Shown here in pieces: positions 1-10,358 of a stretch of DNA of 64,000 nucleotides. The notes beneath the pieces are model-generated. The model worked only from the letters and a program-made list of their open reading frames with translations, was not told the origin of the DNA and did not search any database. Where the stretch lies: contig CACWKS010000008.1 of assembly GCA_902761535.1 (NCBI GenBank), positions 9,022-73,021 on the forward strand. The letters run 5' to 3'. Within the stretch, counting starts at the first letter, position 1, and every line of letters begins with the position of its first letter. Origin of the DNA: an uncultured Pseudomonadota bacterium (GTDB taxonomy: Bacteria > Pseudomonadota > Alphaproteobacteria > RF32 > CAG-239). The position numbers and the translations under genes were made by a program.

Positions 1-660
1 ATCTAAATCAATATAATCAACAATAAACACTGTCTTAACGCTGGAAGTACCGATGGTTGTCATATTGCAGGTATATTGACTGTCCTCAAGCAAAATATGG
101 TCAATATCGCGAATAAATAAAATCGACTGAGCCGGTGAACAGGTAGCAACCTGACCGCCATAAGTCAAATTATAATTAAGAATCAATTTCATGCTTTCGT
201 GTTTTTTACCCAATATGACATCTGTGATTTTCACACTGTCAATATAGGCATGAGTCGGCACAGCACCGACTTTCACCGGTAAGGTAACATAATTTTCCAA
301 GCACGCATGAGAAGTATCGCTGGCCTGACAAATCAAAGCGGTTGAATAGTTATTATTATCCATCAATTGAACCAATGAATTATATATATACTCATTTGTC
401 ATTGATAACTTTGCCGGCGCACACTGCTGTGATCTGCAAACCACAACCGGAGATTTTTTTGATGCTAAAGTTTTCTGAGGATTTGCCGGTTTTGGGTTAT
501 CCGAGCAGTCCTCACATACTTCTTTGGCCCATTGTTCGGCATAGCTGAAACCTTCGCCTGACATAACCTGCTTTGCGGTATGAGTGCGCAAATATTCACA
601 ACCTGTCAATATTTGAACGGTTGTTAAAGCCAATCCCATTGCAAAAATTTTTCGTAACAT
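1..660 (-). CDS. Hypothetical lipoprotein (partial; 3' end runs off the window)
   Basis: The reverse frame is open for all 220 codons from ATG at 660-658 to position 1 (checked triplet by triplet). It is absent from the ORF track because no stop lies in the window. N-terminus MLRKIFAMGLALTTVQILTGC is a signal peptide plus lipobox Cys. No family recognised. Confidence 0.55.
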   Translation of the reverse strand, partial: MLRKIFAMGLALTTVQILTGCEYLRTHTAKQVMSGEGFSYAEQWAKEVCEDCSDNPKPANPQKTLASKKSPVVVCRSQQCAPAKLSMTNEYIYNSLVQLMDNNNYSTALICQASDTSHACLENYVTLPVKVGAVPTHAYIDSVKITDVILGKKHESMKLILNYNLTYGGQVATCSPAQSILFIRDIDHILLEDSQYTCNMTTIGTSSVKTVFIVDYIDLD

Positions 661-820
661 ATCCTTTTAAGCCTAATCTGACCGAAATCTTATCCTAATA
701 ATATGCTCACTTAATATAAATACAAAGTTTTTTTTCAGGTTATTCTATGGGTTTTTGTTTTTTGTACTTGATAATTTTTTTTTAACGGGGCAAATTAGCA
801 AATTGAAAAAGGAATGTAAG

Positions 821-1312
821 ATGAAAAAAATAATTTTATTTGCCGTCATAGCTATTCTTGCCGCTATTTTTTCTGCTAACGGATATAGCGGTTATAAAGT
901 GGTTGACGGCGACAGTCTGGAACATGGACTCGAAAGAATCCGTCTCGAAGGTATAGATGCGCCTGAATATCTGCAAGATTGTTATGACAAACAAGGCAAC
1001 AAATATCGTTGCGGCATCAAGTCAGCAGACTATCTTCAATCGCTGTTGCATGGGCAAATTAATTGCCGCCGTTTAGGCAGAGACCGCTATGGGCGAAGCC
1101 TTAGCGAATGTTTTAATTCCGGCGGAATAAATATTAATCGACAAATGGTAATCAGCGGATGGGCGACATCTTACGGCAACCAATATACCGAAGAGGAAAA
1201 AATTGCCCGCAAGTCCAAATTAGGTGTTTGGCAAGGCAAGTTTATGCGTCCTGAATTGTTCCGTGCACTCAATCGTAGCAAAGATAAGCGCAATAAAAAT
1301 AAAAAAAGATAG
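821..1312 (+). CDS. Secreted staphylococcal-nuclease (SNase/thermonuclease)-like nuclease
   Basis: Start moved to the internal MKKIILFAVIAILAA signal peptide, preceded by AAGGAA. Motifs DGDS...RIRLEGIDAPE, RYGR, GWA and GVWQG are typical of the SNase fold. Confidence 0.75.
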   Translation: MKKIILFAVIAILAAIFSANGYSGYKVVDGDSLEHGLERIRLEGIDAPEYLQDCYDKQGNKYRCGIKSADYLQSLLHGQINCRRLGRDRYGRSLSECFNSGGININRQMVISGWATSYGNQYTEEEKIARKSKLGVWQGKFMRPELFRALNRSKDKRNKNKKR

Positions 1313-1386
1313 AGATTCTTGTTGACACCGCAGAAAAGTTATGTATATTGCAAAGCAACGTTTTATTTTATAAAAGGGTGAAAAAT

Positions 1387-1689
1387 ATGTATGCAGTAAT
1401 TAAAACCGGCGGTAAACAATACCGCGTTACCTCAGGCGATGTTCTTAAAATCGAGAAAATCTCCGGAGAGGAAGGTAAAGAGGTCGTTTTTAACGAAGTT
1501 TTGGCTTTGGGTGATGTAATTGGTAATCCTTTGGTTGCTAATGCATCAGTGAAAGCTTTGGTTTTGAAACAATCCAAAGATAAGAAGATTGTTGTCTTCA
1601 AGAAGAAAAGAAGACAAAACTATCGTCGTAAAAATGGTCACAGACAAAATATTACATTGGTTAAAATAACCGATGTGATCGGTAAGTAA
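1387..1689 (+). CDS. rplU: 50S ribosomal protein L21
   Basis: MYAVIKTGGKQYRV N-terminus with an RBS upstream. The track ORF begins further upstream. Confidence 0.95.
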   Translation: MYAVIKTGGKQYRVTSGDVLKIEKISGEEGKEVVFNEVLALGDVIGNPLVANASVKALVLKQSKDKKIVVFKKKRRQNYRRKNGHRQNITLVKITDVIGK

Positions 1690-1704
1690 TAAAGGAGATA
1701 AACA

Positions 1705-1959
1705 ATGGCTCATAAGAAATCAGGCGGTAGCTCTTCGAACGGACGCGATTCTATTGGTCGTCGTTTAGGCTTGAAAAAGTCCGGCGGTCAGGCTGTTATT
1801 CCCGGAAACATTATTGTTCGCCAACGCGGCACCCAATATCATCCCGGTGCCAATGTCGGTATGGGTAAAGATCATACAATCTTTGCCATTGCCGAAGGTA
1901 AGGTGGTTTTCACCAAAAAAGCCGGCGACAAGACTTTTGTTTCGGTTGTAACAGACTAG
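1705..1959 (+). CDS. rpmA: 50S ribosomal protein L27
   Basis: [16 protein letters not shown]...[10 protein letters not shown] signature. AAGGAG RBS. Confidence 0.95.
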   Translation: MAHKKSGGSSSNGRDSIGRRLGLKKSGGQAVIPGNIIVRQRGTQYHPGANVGMGKDHTIFAIAEGKVVFTKKAGDKTFVSVVTD

Positions 1960-1994
1960 TTCAACTGGAAAAGTTGCCGTACAGCAACATTGCC

Positions 1995-2030
1995 AAGGGG
2001 ATGTTTATTTTAGGCGTCCCCTTTATTTTT
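1995..2030 (+). terminator. Rho-independent terminator after rpmA
   Basis: Hairpin AAGGGGA(N)TCCCCTT followed by a T-run. Confidence 0.5.
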
Positions 2031-2062
2031 CAACTGCAAATAGCCGTAGGTTAATCTTTAAT

Positions 2063-3121
2063 ATGAAATTTTTGGATCAAGCAAAAATATATATTCAGTC
2101 AGGCGCAGGCGGATCGGGTTGCGTTTCGTTTCGTCATGAGAAATATATTGAATTTGGCGGACCTAACGGTGGCGACGGAGGAAAAGGCGGCAGTGTTTAC
2201 GTCGAAGCAGTTCCTAATCTCAATACTTTAATTGATTTTCGTTATCATCAGCATTTTAAGGCTCAAAAAGGGCGTAACGGTATGGGTTCCGAAAAAAATG
2301 GTCCCAAAGGTGAGGATTTAGTCATTAAAGTACCTGTCGGCACTGAGATTCTTGAAGATGATCAAGAAACGGTTATTGCTGATATGATTGAACCAGGACA
2401 GCGTTTTTTGTTGGCCAAAGGCGGTGACGGCGGACGTGGTAATACGCAATTTAAATCAGCCACCAACCAAGCTCCGCGTTATGCTGAACCTGGTTGGCCG
2501 GGGGAGGAAAAATGGGTTTGGTTGCGGCTTAAGGTTATCGCTGATATTGGTTTATTAGGTCTTCCTAATGCCGGCAAATCGACCTTTTTATCCGTAGTTA
2601 CCAAGGCTCGCCCCAAAATTGCCGATTATCCTTTTACAACCATTCATCCCAACTTGGGCGTAGCTTGGGTTAACAACTATGAAATGGTTATAGCGGATAT
2701 TCCCGGACTTATTAAAGGTGCACATGAAGGCATTGGTTTGGGTGACAGATTCTTAAAGCATGTGGAACGATGCTATGCCTTATTGCATTTGATTGATTGC
2801 ACTTCGGAAGATGTTGTTAAATCATATCAGGATATTCGTAACGAATTAACTTTATACAATCCGAGCTTGGCCGAAAAACCCGAAGTGGTAGTTTTGAGTA
2901 AAGCCGATTCGCTTGATGCAGCTGAAATTACCAAGAAGCAGAAAAAATTGGAAAAAGCTTCCGGTAAACGTGTTTTTGTTATTTCTTCAATTGCCAAACA
3001 AGGAATTTGGGAAGCTCTTAGTGAAATAAATCAGTTCATCACGCGAGAACGTCGTTGCAAAGACGACGATGAAACTCCGCAGGAGGATAATACTGACAAT
3101 GAAACATGGTCACCGATATAA
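2063..3121 (+). CDS. obg: GTPase Obg/CgtA
   Basis: Obg fold [28 protein letters not shown], Gly-rich GGDGGKGG, and G1 motif GLPNAGKST. Confidence 0.95.
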   Translation: MKFLDQAKIYIQSGAGGSGCVSFRHEKYIEFGGPNGGDGGKGGSVYVEAVPNLNTLIDFRYHQHFKAQKGRNGMGSEKNGPKGEDLVIKVPVGTEILEDDQETVIADMIEPGQRFLLAKGGDGGRGNTQFKSATNQAPRYAEPGWPGEEKWVWLRLKVIADIGLLGLPNAGKSTFLSVVTKARPKIADYPFTTIHPNLGVAWVNNYEMVIADIPGLIKGAHEGIGLGDRFLKHVERCYALLHLIDCTSEDVVKSYQDIRNELTLYNPSLAEKPEVVVLSKADSLDAAEITKKQKKLEKASGKRVFVISSIAKQGIWEALSEINQFITRERRCKDDDETPQEDNTDNETWSPI

Positions 3122-3139
3122 AATAAGGAGAAATTAAAG

Positions 3140-3502
3140 TTGGTAAAATCAAAAAAACAATCAATTGATGAATCTGCTCAAGAAATATTGGCAATAGTGC
3201 AGAAATCCTTAGATGACGGCAAAGCCGAAGATATCACGGTTATTGATTTGGAAGGCAAATCATCAATAGCCAACTATATGGTTGTTGCCAGCGGAACATC
3301 TAATCGCCATGTAGCATCATTGGCTGAAAATATCCAGCTTAAATTAAAAGAGCAGGGGTATAAATCAATTTCCGAAGGCGAAGAAAAGGCAGACTGGATT
3401 TTAATCGATGCTTATGACGTAATTGTCCATATTTTCAGACCGGAAGTCAGGAGCTTTTACAGTTTGGAAAAGATGTGGTCGGTTTCTCGCAAAAAAGAAT
3501 AA
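3140..3502 (+). CDS. rsfS: Ribosomal silencing factor RsfS (iojap-like)
   Basis: TTG start after AAGGAG. DYMVVASG and VHIF blocks are typical of RsfS. The obg-rsfS neighbourhood is conserved. Confidence 0.85.
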   Translation: MVKSKKQSIDESAQEILAIVQKSLDDGKAEDITVIDLEGKSSIANYMVVASGTSNRHVASLAENIQLKLKEQGYKSISEGEEKADWILIDAYDVIVHIFRPEVRSFYSLEKMWSVSRKKE

Positions 3503-3508
3503 TTATTT

Positions 3509-3895
3509 CTAGAACATCTCTATCATTGCTTTAGCATCATCATTCATCATACTTATATCCCAAGCCGGCTCCCAAACTATTTTTACTTCGACTTGTCCTA
3601 CTCCTTCGGTTTGAGCTAAAGCCTCGGCCGCTTGTGTAGGCATAACTTCGGCTACCGGACACATTGGTGAAGTTACCGTCATCTCTACATAAACATCACC
3701 GTTCTCTTTTTGTTCAAGTTTATAAACTAATCCCATATCCCAAATATTTATGGTTATTTCGGGATCTGATACGGTTTTTAGAGCCTCGATTAAATCATCA
3801 CGTTTAGCCAAAGGACGACCATTTAATGGTTTCCCCGCTTTAGCGATATAATCTTTTTTATAATTTTCTAAATCAATATCGTTTATTTCTTCCAT
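3509..3895 (-). CDS. sufT: SUF-associated DUF59/MIP18-family Fe-S assembly protein
   Basis: DPE..INIWDLGLVY-like block (DPEITINIWDMGLVY) and MTVTSPMCP motif. It is the last gene of the suf string. Confidence 0.7.
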   Translation of the reverse strand: MEEINDIDLENYKKDYIAKAGKPLNGRPLAKRDDLIEALKTVSDPEITINIWDMGLVYKLEQKENGDVYVEMTVTSPMCPVAEVMPTQAAEALAQTEGVGQVEVKIVWEPAWDISMMNDDAKAMIEMF

Positions 3896-3904
3896 GATTT
3901 GTCC

Positions 3905-5119
3905 TTAAAAAAATGTCCGTGCTTTTTCCAAGCTCTTGCACAAAATATCAATATCTTCTTCAGTATTATACAATCCTAGAGAAGCACGTATAACCGATTC
4001 GAATCCCATACGCCTTACCAAAGGTGCAGCACAATGATGACCGACTCTCACCGCAACCCCTTCTTTGTTCAGAATAAAGGCTAAATCTTGCGGATGGATT
4101 CCTTCGATTACAAAAGAATAAATACCGCTCCTGCTTTGGTGAGTTCCGAGCATTTTTAATCCTTTTATTTTTTGTAATCGTTCAAAAGCATAATCAGATA
4201 ATTCATTTTCATATTTTTCAATATTTTTCATGCCCAAATTCATTAAATAGCTTAAAGCTTCGCCCAACCCTATGGCTTGGACTATCGCCGGAGTACCGGC
4301 TTCAAAACGTGCCGGAGGCTCATCAAAAGTAGTGGAAGTATAAGTTACGACATTTACCATATCCCCTCCATATTGATATGGCGGCATAGCCGATAAAATA
4401 TCATATTTAGCATATAATACGCCGATTCCGGTTGGACCATATGTTTTATGTCCCGAAAAGGCCAAAAAATCGCAATCTAAATCTTGTACATCAATTTTTT
4501 GATGTACCGCTAGTTGACAGGCATCAATCAAAACCTTTGCCCCTTTGCGATGAGCCGAAGCAATAATTTCTTTTATTGGAAATACTGTTCCCAAAACATT
4601 AGATAATCCCGTTATGGCAACCAATTTTGTTTTTCCGCTTAATTTAGAACAAAAATCATCCCAATCAAATGATCCGTCATCATTTATTCGGCATATTTTC
4701 AGCTCAAATCCTATTTCATCGCGCAAAACTTGCCAAGGAACCAAATTAGCATGATGTTCGGCTTCAGATATAATAACTTCATCAATTTTAGTTAAAAATT
4801 TGCGCCCCCAGGTAAATGCAACTAAATTTATGGCTTCGGTAGCATTGCGAGTAAAAACAATATCTTCTTTTTTTTCGGCATTGATAAACTTTTTTACTAT
4901 ATCGCGAGCATTTTCGTATGCTGATGTAATTTCTTCCGATAACAAATACGAGCCGCGATGGACATTGGCATATTCCTGGCTGTAAACTTTCATCATCTTA
5001 TCAATTACACACTGCGGTTTTTGCGCCGAAGCAGCAGTATCTAAAAAAGTATTGGGCTTAGAATTTACCGATATCTTAAAAATCGGAAAATCGTTGCGAA
5101 TTTTTTTTATATCAAACAT
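3905..5119 (-). CDS. sufS: Cysteine desulfurase SufS
   Basis: Class V aminotransferase with the PLP lysine block FSGHKTYGPTGIG and the active-site RVGHHCA motif. Confidence 0.9.
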   Translation of the reverse strand: MFDIKKIRNDFPIFKISVNSKPNTFLDTAASAQKPQCVIDKMMKVYSQEYANVHRGSYLLSEEITSAYENARDIVKKFINAEKKEDIVFTRNATEAINLVAFTWGRKFLTKIDEVIISEAEHHANLVPWQVLRDEIGFELKICRINDDGSFDWDDFCSKLSGKTKLVAITGLSNVLGTVFPIKEIIASAHRKGAKVLIDACQLAVHQKIDVQDLDCDFLAFSGHKTYGPTGIGVLYAKYDILSAMPPYQYGGDMVNVVTYTSTTFDEPPARFEAGTPAIVQAIGLGEALSYLMNLGMKNIEKYENELSDYAFERLQKIKGLKMLGTHQSRSGIYSFVIEGIHPQDLAFILNKEGVAVRVGHHCAAPLVRRMGFESVIRASLGLYNTEEDIDILCKSLEKARTFF

Positions 5120-5141
5120 ATCTGCACTTTTCCCATAATTA

Positions 5142-6401
5142 TCAATTTTCTTCCGGCAATTTAAGCACTAATTTAATCCAATCAATAACTTTTTCATCAT
5201 CAACTTTAGCAATAACTTCTTGCAAATAAGCATCAATCAACATTTTTTTAGCTATATCTTCGTCTAAACCGCGCGATTTCATATAAAAAAGCTGCTCTGC
5301 ATCAAGCTGTCCGCAGGCTGATCCATGAGTACATTGCACGTCATCGGCAAAAATCTCCAATTCCGGTTTTACATCAACTTCTGCTTCATCACTCAACAAC
5401 AAAGCTCTGTGTTGCTGATATCCCTTGGTTTTAACTGCATTTGGAGCTATATGAATTTTCCCTTGAAAAATTCCTTTAGCTTGTCCGCCGACCACACCTT
5501 TAACCAATTGTTGTGAAAAAGTTTCTGCTGCCAAATGGCGAATATCCGTAGTAATATCCAAAGTCGCCCACCCGTTCATGGCATAAACGGCGTTAACCTC
5601 AGCCTGAGCACAACTTTCCTCTAAGTTTATAAGCGATTCGTTGCGTGCTAAATCCGCCCCCTTTTGCAAACAAAAACTTTTGTAACTTGCGCTTTTTTTA
5701 ACTTCAATGCTGTTGATTGCCAAATGAATGGCCTTAAAAGCCTCATCTTGAACTTTGTAATGTTCTAACTTTGCTTGTTCTCCAAGATAAATTTCATTCA
5801 CAATATTGTTAAAATAACAAGACTTTTGTTCACCGCTATAATTATAATACTCAATAATTTCAGCCTGAGCATTTTTCTCTAAAACGATTAAATTACGCAA
5901 ATTATTCATTAAAAGTATACCGCCGCTTTCAGTATGGCAAATTAAGCAAACGGGTTTGTTGATTTTCACCCCTTCAGCGATATGTATATATATTCCTTCG
6001 TTCAAATATGCTGCATTAAGTGCGGCAAAATTATGCTGCTCCGAATTTGCTAATTTGCCGATTCTTTCTCTGACTTCCGGATGTAACATGATTGCTTCAA
6101 TTAAAGGCATAATCTCTGTTTCCGGAGGAAAATCTGATAGTTCGGGAGCAAAAATACCGTTTACGAAACATATCTTATAACAATCAAACGGCAACTCGGG
6201 TTTATAACCTGTTTTATTTTCGCTGTTTACCCAAGCAAAATCACTATTTAAGAACATATTGGGTTTAGTGTATTTCCAAGCTTCGACTTTGGCATTGGGA
6301 ATTCCTTTATCGGCAAAAACTAATCGCCCCTGTTGCCTGAAATCATGCAACCAGGGAATATTGTCGCCCAACAGATTAACGTCTTTTAATAAGCTGCTCA
6401 T
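5142..6401 (-). CDS. sufD: Fe-S cluster assembly protein SufD
   Basis: SufB/D beta-helix C-terminal block (CTHGSACGQLDAEQLFYMKSRGL). It lies between sufC and sufS. Confidence 0.85.
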   Translation of the reverse strand: MSSLLKDVNLLGDNIPWLHDFRQQGRLVFADKGIPNAKVEAWKYTKPNMFLNSDFAWVNSENKTGYKPELPFDCYKICFVNGIFAPELSDFPPETEIMPLIEAIMLHPEVRERIGKLANSEQHNFAALNAAYLNEGIYIHIAEGVKINKPVCLICHTESGGILLMNNLRNLIVLEKNAQAEIIEYYNYSGEQKSCYFNNIVNEIYLGEQAKLEHYKVQDEAFKAIHLAINSIEVKKSASYKSFCLQKGADLARNESLINLEESCAQAEVNAVYAMNGWATLDITTDIRHLAAETFSQQLVKGVVGGQAKGIFQGKIHIAPNAVKTKGYQQHRALLLSDEAEVDVKPELEIFADDVQCTHGSACGQLDAEQLFYMKSRGLDEDIAKKMLIDAYLQEVIAKVDDEKVIDWIKLVLKLPEEN

Positions 6402-7159
6402 GCTTGCTCTTTCACAAATTCGGAATAACCTGTTCTTTCCAGTTCTTCAGCCAAATCTTTATTTCCGGTTTTTACTATTTTACCTCCGGCATAAACATGA
6501 ACATAGTCCGGTACTATATAATTAAGCAACCGCTGATAATGAGTAATAACCAACAATCCTGTTTTATCGGTTCGGCAAGCATTTACACCTTCACCGATAA
6601 TTCGCATCGCGTCAATATCAACGCCGGAATCAGCTTCGTCTAAGATTGCTAAATCCGGTCGTAAAATAGCCATCTGTAAAGTTTCCAATCTTTTAGCTTC
6701 ACCGCCTGAAAATCCCACATTTATTGAGCGCTTTAACATATCAGATCCTAAATTGAGCTTCCTTCCTTCTTCACGCAGCAATTTTACAAATTCTACCGTA
6801 TCCATCTCTTTTTCACCGCGATAAGTCCTGATGCTGTTTAACGCGTGTTTTAAGAAAGGGGTAATCGAGACTCCGGGAATTTCCACCGGTTTCTGCATCG
6901 ATAAAAATAAACCTTCTCTGGCTCTTTCTTCCACCGACATTTTGAGCAAATCTTTGCCTTTGAAAGTAATTTTCCCTGAAGATACATAATATTCCGGCTT
7001 GCCGCACAGTATATTGGATAAAGTCGATTTTCCGGCTCCGTTAGGTCCCATAATCGCATGAACCTCACCTTCATTAATGGTTAGGTTAAAACCTTTAATT
7101 ATTTCTTTTCCGGCAACTCCGCCGTACAAATCTTCAATCTCTAACAAAGGTGTGGTCAT
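6398..7159 (-). CDS. sufC: Fe-S cluster assembly ATPase SufC
   Basis: Walker A GPNGAGKST, signature FSGGEAKR and Walker B ILDEADSG. Start set at MTTPLLEIEDL (ATG 7159), which forms an ATGA overlap with the upstream ORF. Confidence 0.95.
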   Translation of the reverse strand: MTTPLLEIEDLYGGVAGKEIIKGFNLTINEGEVHAIMGPNGAGKSTLSNILCGKPEYYVSSGKITFKGKDLLKMSVEERAREGLFLSMQKPVEIPGVSITPFLKHALNSIRTYRGEKEMDTVEFVKLLREEGRKLNLGSDMLKRSINVGFSGGEAKRLETLQMAILRPDLAILDEADSGVDIDAMRIIGEGVNACRTDKTGLLVITHYQRLLNYIVPDYVHVYAGGKIVKTGNKDLAEELERTGYSEFVKEQA

Positions 7160-7431
7160 TTCTGCGCACTCCAATCATCCAGTCTTTTATCAATTTTTTT
7201 CAGCTTTTCTTTTTTATAAGCATCAACCTGCTCATGAATATCATAGCAATATTTCAATTGTTCCAACATAATTTCAACATCAGCGGTTTCTTCTATCAAT
7301 TCGGCAATATTATCCTTATGGCGATTAATGTTTTTTAGAATCTCTTTGGTTAACTCGCTCATTTCTTCAATAACTTGCAACATTTGCGGCTCTTTGCCCC
7401 AAGTTTTCAAAGCTCTTTGATAAGTATTCAT
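7156..7431 (-). CDS. MazG-like nucleotide pyrophosphohydrolase domain protein (small, single domain)
   Basis: EEMSELTKE ... EETADVEIML acidic helix pair is typical of the MazG/all-alpha NTP-PPase fold. Stop/start overlaps with both sufB and sufC. Confidence 0.6.
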   Translation of the reverse strand: MNTYQRALKTWGKEPQMLQVIEEMSELTKEILKNINRHKDNIAELIEETADVEIMLEQLKYCYDIHEQVDAYKKEKLKKIDKRLDDWSAQK

Positions 7432-8885
7432 TATCCGACACTCCCCTCTAAACTTATGTTAATTAATTTTGCCGCTTCTATGGCAAATTCCATCGGCAAT
7501 TGTTGCATAACCTCTTTGCAAAATCCGTTAACAATCAGACTGACGGCTTCTTCTTCCGATATACCGCGTTGGCGGCAATAAAACAGTTGCTCATCAGATA
7601 TCTTAGATGTAGTGGCCTCATGTTCCAATTGAGCAGTTTTGCAACGACTCTCTATGTACGGAACAGTATGTGAACCGCAAGTCGAACCTATTAACAAACT
7701 GTCGCATCTGGTATAATTACGGGATTTTTCTGCACCTTGGGCAACTTTAACCAAACCGCGATAAGTCTGATTGGAAAAACCTGCTGAAATACCTTTAGAT
7801 ATAATCCGTGAAGAGGTATTTTTGCCGATATGAATCATCTTAGTGCCGGTATCAGCTTGCTGATAATTATTAGTCAAGGCAACGGAATAAAATTCACCAT
7901 GCGAATTATCTCCTTGCAACACACAAGACGGATATTTCCATGTAACCGCCGAACCGGTTTCAACCTGTGTCCACGACATTTTGGCATTAATTCCGCGGCA
8001 TGCCGCTCGTTTGGTAACAAAATTATAAACCCCGCCTTTTCCGTCTTTATCACCCGGATACCAGTTTTGCACTGTTGAATATTTAACTTCGGCATTATTC
8101 ATCACTACAATTTCAACAATTGCCGCATGCAGTTGATTTTCATCACGTTGCGGAGCCGTACATCCTTCCAAATAAGAGACATAACTGTCATCATCGGCAA
8201 TAATCAAAGTACGTTCAAATTGTCCGGTATTGCGACTGTTAATTCTGAAATAAGTTGATAATTCCATCGGGCAACGCACACCTTTGGGAATATAAACAAA
8301 AGTCCCGTCCGTAAATACGGCCGAATTAAGACAAGCGAAAAAATTATCCGTATAAGGAACCACCGATCCCAAATATTTCTGTACTAATTCCGGATAAGCT
8401 TTAACAGCCTCTGAAATCGAACAGAAAATAATACCTTTTTCTTTTAATTGAGCCTGATAAGTGGTAGCTACCGATACGCTGTCAAAAACCGCATCAACCG
8501 CTACGACTCCGGCCAAAATTTTTTGTTCTTGTAGCGGAATACCTAACTTTTCATAGGTTTTAAGCAGTTTTTCATCAACTTCGTCTAAACTTTTTGGGGC
8601 ATTTTTTTGTTTTGGTGCCGAGTAATAAGATAATGACTGATAATCTATCGGATCATAACTCAACTTAGCCCAAGCCGGTTCATGCATATTTTGCCAAAAT
8701 TCAAAAGCTTGCAAGCGTTTTTGTAACAACCATTCCGGCTCACCTTTTTTCTTTGATATAAGCCGAATTATCTCGCTGGTTAATCCCAAAGGAACGGTAT
8801 CGGCTTCAATCTCGGTAACAAAGCCGTATTTATATTTATCGCCGCTTTCATCGGTTATTTCAATATTATTCTTAGCATCAGTCAT
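7431..8885 (-). CDS. sufB: Fe-S cluster assembly scaffold SufB
   Basis: Highly conserved SufB blocks ([44 protein letters not shown]). Confidence 0.95.
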   Translation of the reverse strand: MTDAKNNIEITDESGDKYKYGFVTEIEADTVPLGLTSEIIRLISKKKGEPEWLLQKRLQAFEFWQNMHEPAWAKLSYDPIDYQSLSYYSAPKQKNAPKSLDEVDEKLLKTYEKLGIPLQEQKILAGVVAVDAVFDSVSVATTYQAQLKEKGIIFCSISEAVKAYPELVQKYLGSVVPYTDNFFACLNSAVFTDGTFVYIPKGVRCPMELSTYFRINSRNTGQFERTLIIADDDSYVSYLEGCTAPQRDENQLHAAIVEIVVMNNAEVKYSTVQNWYPGDKDGKGGVYNFVTKRAACRGINAKMSWTQVETGSAVTWKYPSCVLQGDNSHGEFYSVALTNNYQQADTGTKMIHIGKNTSSRIISKGISAGFSNQTYRGLVKVAQGAEKSRNYTRCDSLLIGSTCGSHTVPYIESRCKTAQLEHEATTSKISDEQLFYCRQRGISEEEAVSLIVNGFCKEVMQQLPMEFAIEAAKLINISLEGSVG

Positions 8886-8999
8886 GTAATGGAAATTAGT
8901 TTCTTTTTTTTATAAAATCAACTTATATTTATGCAAATTTAGAAAATATTAAGCCTTAATGGCATATTATAATGCCGGATTGGTTTATATGGTGTATTA

Positions 9000-9899
9000 A
9001 TGCGTATCAAGGTTTTATTGCTTTTCATAATAGTTATGCTGCTCGGTGCCTGTTCTGGAGACATCGGAATTTTCGGTTATACTCTCTGGGGCGGACAAAG
9101 CTATTATCGTAATACTTCCAGTGTAGTGGTTAAAAAAGGTGACACGCTGTATAGTATAGCCAATCGTTATGATGTCGCTTTACGTAGCCTTATTGAGATA
9201 AACAAATTGCAACCTCCTTATCTTTTGCGAGTCGGTCAAATTTTACGATTGCCGGCAGCCAAGTATCATATAGTTTCAAAAGGCGATACTCTCTACAATA
9301 TCTCCAAACGTTACAATGTCGATATGCCCAAACTGAGCGCCGAAAATCACCTAACCGCACCATATATTCTTAAATTGGGGCAAAAACTAACTATTCCCGA
9401 TAGTTTATATACCAAAACAAATTCCTCAACTTTGGTTCGCGTTGATTCTGCCAAGATTAACTCAAATAATAAAAGCTCATCTGTTAAAAACCAATATACC
9501 TACACTCAACCGTCGCTTAATCGTAAACAGAAATTTGCTTGGCCGGTAAAAGGTAATGTAATTATGGGATTTGGTCCTATTGCCAAAGGACGCCATAATG
9601 ACGGAATCAATATTAAAGCTGCCGCCGGAACTCCGGTCAAGGCTGCCGATTCCGGCACGGTTGCTTATGCCGGAAATGAATTAAAAGGATTCGGTAATTT
9701 AGTATTGATTAAACATAATGACGGTTGGGTAACCGCTTATGCTCACAACCAGTTACTTAAAGTAAAAAAAGGTCAGAAGGTTAAACGTGGTGAACAAATT
9801 GCTACAGTCGGTTCTACCGGTGGAGTAGGGACACCGCAGCTTCATTTTGAAACCCGCGCCGGCAAAAAAGCTCTTAATCCGCGAAATTATCTGCAATAA
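9000..9899 (+). CDS. LysM-repeat / M23 peptidase lipoprotein (NlpD-like)
   Basis: Lipobox LLGAC, two LysM repeats (VKKGDTLYSIANRY, VSKGDTLYNISKRY), and an M23 domain (HNDGINI, GSTG...PQLHFE). Confidence 0.85.
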   Translation: MRIKVLLLFIIVMLLGACSGDIGIFGYTLWGGQSYYRNTSSVVVKKGDTLYSIANRYDVALRSLIEINKLQPPYLLRVGQILRLPAAKYHIVSKGDTLYNISKRYNVDMPKLSAENHLTAPYILKLGQKLTIPDSLYTKTNSSTLVRVDSAKINSNNKSSSVKNQYTYTQPSLNRKQKFAWPVKGNVIMGFGPIAKGRHNDGINIKAAAGTPVKAADSGTVAYAGNELKGFGNLVLIKHNDGWVTAYAHNQLLKVKKGQKVKRGEQIATVGSTGGVGTPQLHFETRAGKKALNPRNYLQ

Positions 9900-9994
9900 A
9901 AAAATATCTTGTGAAATAATAAAAAATTCCCTATATATGCTTTAGAATTTGTTTTACAATAAACCGAATTTAGTTTTTAACGGAGTTATAAGAT

Positions 9995-10357
9995 ATGTTT
10001 ATTAGTCAGGCATTTGCTCAAACAGCTGCGGAAACTTCATCTTCTGGCAGTCTTACCGCCATGATTTTGCAGTTGGTTCTTATCTTTGCAATCTTTTATT
10101 TTCTTCTTATTCGCCCGCAACAAAAACGCATTAAGGAGCACGAGGCAAAAGTAAATGCCCTTTTGCGTGGTGATGAAATTGTCACCGGCGGAGGTATAAT
10201 TGCCAAAGTTGTTGATATTAATGCTCCTGCCGATGAGCTTAAAGTTGAAATTGCTCCTGCAGTGGTTGTTAGAATTGCACGTTCCACCGTGCGCGAAGTT
10301 TTAACCGAAGATATCAAAGCAGCCAATAACAATAAAAAAGATAAAAATAAAAAATAG
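9995..10357 (+). CDS. yajC: Preprotein translocase subunit YajC
   Basis: FYFLLIRPQQKR motif. Sits upstream of secD. Confidence 0.85.
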   Translation: MFISQAFAQTAAETSSSGSLTAMILQLVLIFAIFYFLLIRPQQKRIKEHEAKVNALLRGDEIVTGGGIIAKVVDINAPADELKVEIAPAVVVRIARSTVREVLTEDIKAANNNKKDKNKK

Positions 10358-10358
10358 G

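Noticed and set aside
342-548. 68-aa plus-strand ORF
   Set aside because: The opposite strand is open for 220 codons and begins with a clear lipoprotein signal peptide. The plus-strand ORF has no RBS or recognisable features.
7830-8095. ORFs on both strands inside sufB, and similar ORFs inside sufC and sufD (for example 6813-7074 and 5956-6180)
   Set aside because: They are shadow ORFs within highly conserved suf genes.
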